Source of the DNA: Klebsormidium nitens
Lineage: Eukaryota > Plantae > Klebsormidiophyceae
NCBI GenBank assembly: GCA_000708835.1
Contig: DF237281.1
Span: 1-64,000, forward strand
DNA: 64,000 nucleotides
Direction: 5' to 3'
Shown: positions 60,901 through 64,000 of the stretch, piece after piece
How the letters are laid out: each line of letters opens with the position of its first letter
How positions within the stretch are numbered: position 1 is the first letter of the stretch
Position numbers and translations under genes: made by a program
Notes under the pieces: model-generated
Databases searched by the model: none
Told to the model about the DNA's origin: nothing
What the model saw: the letters and a program-made list of their open reading frames with translations, nothing else

Positions 60901-63900
60901 GCGAACTTGAGGGGATGGACAGAAGTTCTGGGACGGGTCTTTGGAAGCGGGCCCCCACGTTGATGTGCCAGAGAGTGTTCCTTCAGAACAAACGAAGCAG
61001 TTGAACCACATATATATTATACCCAGTGTTACCTTTTACCGAGGTAATTGCTCTCTTTTCAAAAACCTTTTGTGAAATCTGGTATGGTCTTGGATCGTCT
61101 TGTGATAGTAACGACAGCGCGGGTCTTGTCTTGCATTAGTTGTTGGAGTGTCCGGAAAAGTTCCCAATATTGGGAATGGTCCTCTTTCCGACTGCAGTCC
61201 TCAGCTCCCGGATTCGGTCCAGCGGGCGGGCAAGGATCAGCAGCGGATGATCCAAACGCTGATCATTCTCCACCGCTGGGGGGAGCTCGTGGACTGCCTC
61301 AAGCATTGGGTCGTCACCCCCACCGCGGAAACGGGCAGGTGGGCTCCCAATAGCCCTCAAGCAGGTTTTATGTGCGAACTGTGCTCAAAGAAGAATCGGT
61401 AGTCCACTACTAAAGCAAGAATAAAGGCACCGACGGTTGACTTGCGTAGCTTTTGGCTGTTCAAGAGGTTGCTTCACGTTCAATTGTGAAACCAGTATGC
61501 GGGTCTGGTTACTTGCGTCTCAGCTTCAAAACGAGACGGCTTTCAGCTTGCCTGGCCTATCAGCGGTCCCTGCCGCGCGACAGTATAATTCTCGTTTGAG
61601 TCGCTATACTTGGAGCAGGGCTCTATGACCCTGCCTTTCGTAACCTGCTCGTGGTTAAGAAGCCTGGTATTCGCAATGTCATATAGCATTGTGCGGATCA
61701 GCCATTAAAGGGCACTGCTGGTCCGCTGCAGGATTGGAGCACGTGTTGTTGCACTAGCGGCCGATGCTTTTGGCCCAGAAGACAACTACGCAGAAACCTC
61801 ACTGTCAATCAAGTTAGCAACCCCCACATTCAAGACGTCCTGACTTTCTGAACTTTTGCACAAGGAACTAACTCCGACGACTTTGGTGCGCAGGCCCCGT
61901 AGCCAGCCGGAGTTCATCCGGTTCGCGGCCCATCTAGTGCTGGCGCTACGGAAGGTGCTGCCGCCCGACGAGGACCTTTTCCAGGAGGACCTCCAGCGCA
62001 CCTGCAACGTCATCATCAACATGTGAGCGGGCGCGTTCTCAATCATGGTCGACTTGATGTCGGACGATAGTACTTTTTGTACAGCAAGCAAGTTCTTGGG
62101 CAGGCTTACTTGCGGAAAGCGGCCTGACGGCGGTTGGTTCTTCTCACATTATCCTGCGGTGGTTTTCAGCGCTGTCGGGGCCGCGGACTTGTCGCCCGTC
62201 ACGAAATGGCGGGTTTCGTTTTTCCCCAGGGTTTAGAAATTCACCTCTGCGGCAGCCTCACTAGTCCTCGTTGACCGTGTCTGTTTGTCGGGATGTGACA
62301 CGTAGGATTGCCGCAACCTCGCAACTCTTCTGTCGGGGATCCATTCGCGAATCGACGGGGACGCTGAGTAGAATGAGCTAATGTGTCAAAAGGGAAAGCG
62401 CACGGCGCTTCTCAGACAGCTGAAAGTCTCAATGTTGTTGTTTCGTGCATCGGAAGCCCAATTTGCAGCACTTGTTCCCGACCTTCCATCACCGCTTCTC
62501 ATCAGAGGGGCCGTGCATCCCTTGGTGACCTGCTCGTCCATAAACCCACTTAGCCCCTCCTCAATGTGCGGTCTCTACGAAGTTTCCCCTTGACTCATTC
62601 ATCTTTCCCACTCAGACTGCACAAGCTCTTTCGGGCTCTGAACTCCGAACTCTCTGGTCCTCAGAAAGCAAGGCTTCGCGTTTTCCTTCTAAGCTTTCAA
62701 CCCGAAGTGACTTCCTACTCCTGAATATTCAAAGGATTCTCCATTGTTCCAGGTATGCGGTGCAACTGGTGGCTGAGCAGCAGGAGCACTTGGTGGCCCT
62801 CTACGCAGCGCAGCTGGTGGCGTTTGCGCGAGTCGACCTGTACGCGAATCTGCTGGATATGAAACAGGGGGCCGGGTGAGGGACTCCGTGTCAACCAATC
62901 ATCTTCTTTGTTCTTTGATCCACTTGAAATCATCCACAAATTTCTGGACCGTTTGGACTGGTGGTTCTCCATGTGAAAAGGATCAGGGCCTAGGCATGGT
63001 GTTGTCGGTCTGGGGTTGCCAAGCCACAAGTTTTCCGGAGCGGAGTCCGGAAATCGTCAACCGTATCGTTCGATATGCTCCCCATCTGCAGTTAGTGAGG
63101 TTCCGCGAACTCGGGGAGGCATTTGTCTGCCTTTCCCCGGAACGTGACGAGTATCCAACCACCACAAGGTCTGACATGTTGGCAAACTGTATGGGCGAGA
63201 AAATCCTGTGAACCAGGTCGAGACTTCTTCTGGAAGTCGTGTGCCGATCTGCTCAAACGGAAGCCTCTCTTATCTGCAGATTGGAGGTGAAGCAACGGAT
63301 CTTCGAGGGGGCGCTGCAGGAGCTTGACTTCAGCGGAGAGGGCTCCGTGTGCCAAATACTGGACAGGTAAAGATTGTGCCGAAAAGTTTGACATCAAAAG
63401 GACGGGCGGAAGGCTTCAATCGAACTGACGAGCGGCAGGGTTGCAACACGAAGCCAGCAAATGAACTTCTCCCTCAGGACGGCTGCTGTCATGCCAAGCT
63501 CGTTGGACCGTTGGTATTGCGGTGTAGACGTCTTGCCTGGTGTATCTTCCCGATCAACATTTGGACGTATTTTGGATCGAACGAGATGATTCCTTAGACT
63601 TCTGAACACTTTCGTAACGCTGCAGAGTCTTGGTCGAGTCACGTGCTGACCAGGATCCCCCAGAAGGTGTTCCCGCTGCCGAACATTTGTCGTTGGAGGC
63701 ATTCCGCCGGACCCGCGCCATGGACTGGCTCTTCCTGCCGGTTCCGGTGCAATGGGCGGAATGCCGGCCGGAACTCACGGCGAAGGCCCTGCTGCACGGG
63801 TGAGTCGCATTGGCAAGGCCTCGTCGCAGTTGAGATATCGTCGAAGAGCGATTGACAGGGCCTTTGACGAGTTCACTGGCTTGAACACGGGACTCGGTCG

Positions 63901-64000
63901 ACGGTCTTAGCAGTGCAAGTTTGCGGGGCAGCGGACGTTGTACAAGGTCGCATGGAATGGTTTGGAAAACGCCTCATATTGCGAAGTACTTGTCACCTTT
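57976..64000 (+). CDS. NUP107: Nucleoporin NUP107 (Nup84 family), multi-exon, continues past the right edge
   Basis: ATG at 57976 follows a cag acceptor. Motifs: SEAATWSLVWHL, ACMRVVQWLE, HVDPDAPTRE..LHPQDSEDEELLMRGVWTLLKAGRL, GQAWRAASLGG, RRLWKWTCF, YEAAVYGALS...CDTWEAACWA, RFAAHLVLALR, LVALYAAQL, RAMDWLF. Confidence 0.93.

Noticed and set aside
1-64000. CRISPR arrays, rRNA genes, operon-like horizontally transferred cluster
   Set aside because: There are no regularly spaced repeats and no rRNA signature. The genes of bacterial ancestry (GT2, RLPH, hisG, SOUL) are intron-rich, functionally unrelated and interspersed with core eukaryotic genes.

Overview
This is an intron-rich eukaryotic nuclear window with GT-AG introns of roughly 100-600 bp. 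Gene content and style suggest a streptophyte green alga such as Klebsormidium (inference). Left to right it holds: a partial SAM-like gene running off the left edge; a 20-exon, ~1750-aa fusion gene (2060-13165, minus); ATP phosphoribosyltransferase (hisG); an unassigned conserved gene; a SnoaL/DUF2358-SOUL heme-binding protein; a decayed LINE fragment; a Rhizobiales-like phosphatase (RLPH); a TFIIIC-delta/GTF3C4-like WD40 gene carrying two Agenet domains; an intronless FAD oxidoreductase; an intronless F-box/LRR gene; SCAR/WAVE; a TA-flanked Tc1/mariner-type MITE; and NUP107 running off the right edge. The standout is the fusion gene. A bacterial-type (BcsA-like) GT2 glucan synthase with intact D,D,D,QxxRW motifs splices in frame to a predicted extracellular GH9 barrel that has lost catalytic residues. 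That barrel carries four copies of an unrecognised six-cysteine module, twin RRLL motifs and a DNDCDG metal-binding-type motif. The design parallels the tunicate CesA-GH6 fusion but uses a different hydrolase fold. I found no rRNA, tRNA or CRISPR. All exon boundaries were derived by hand and no database search was run, so novelty is unverified.
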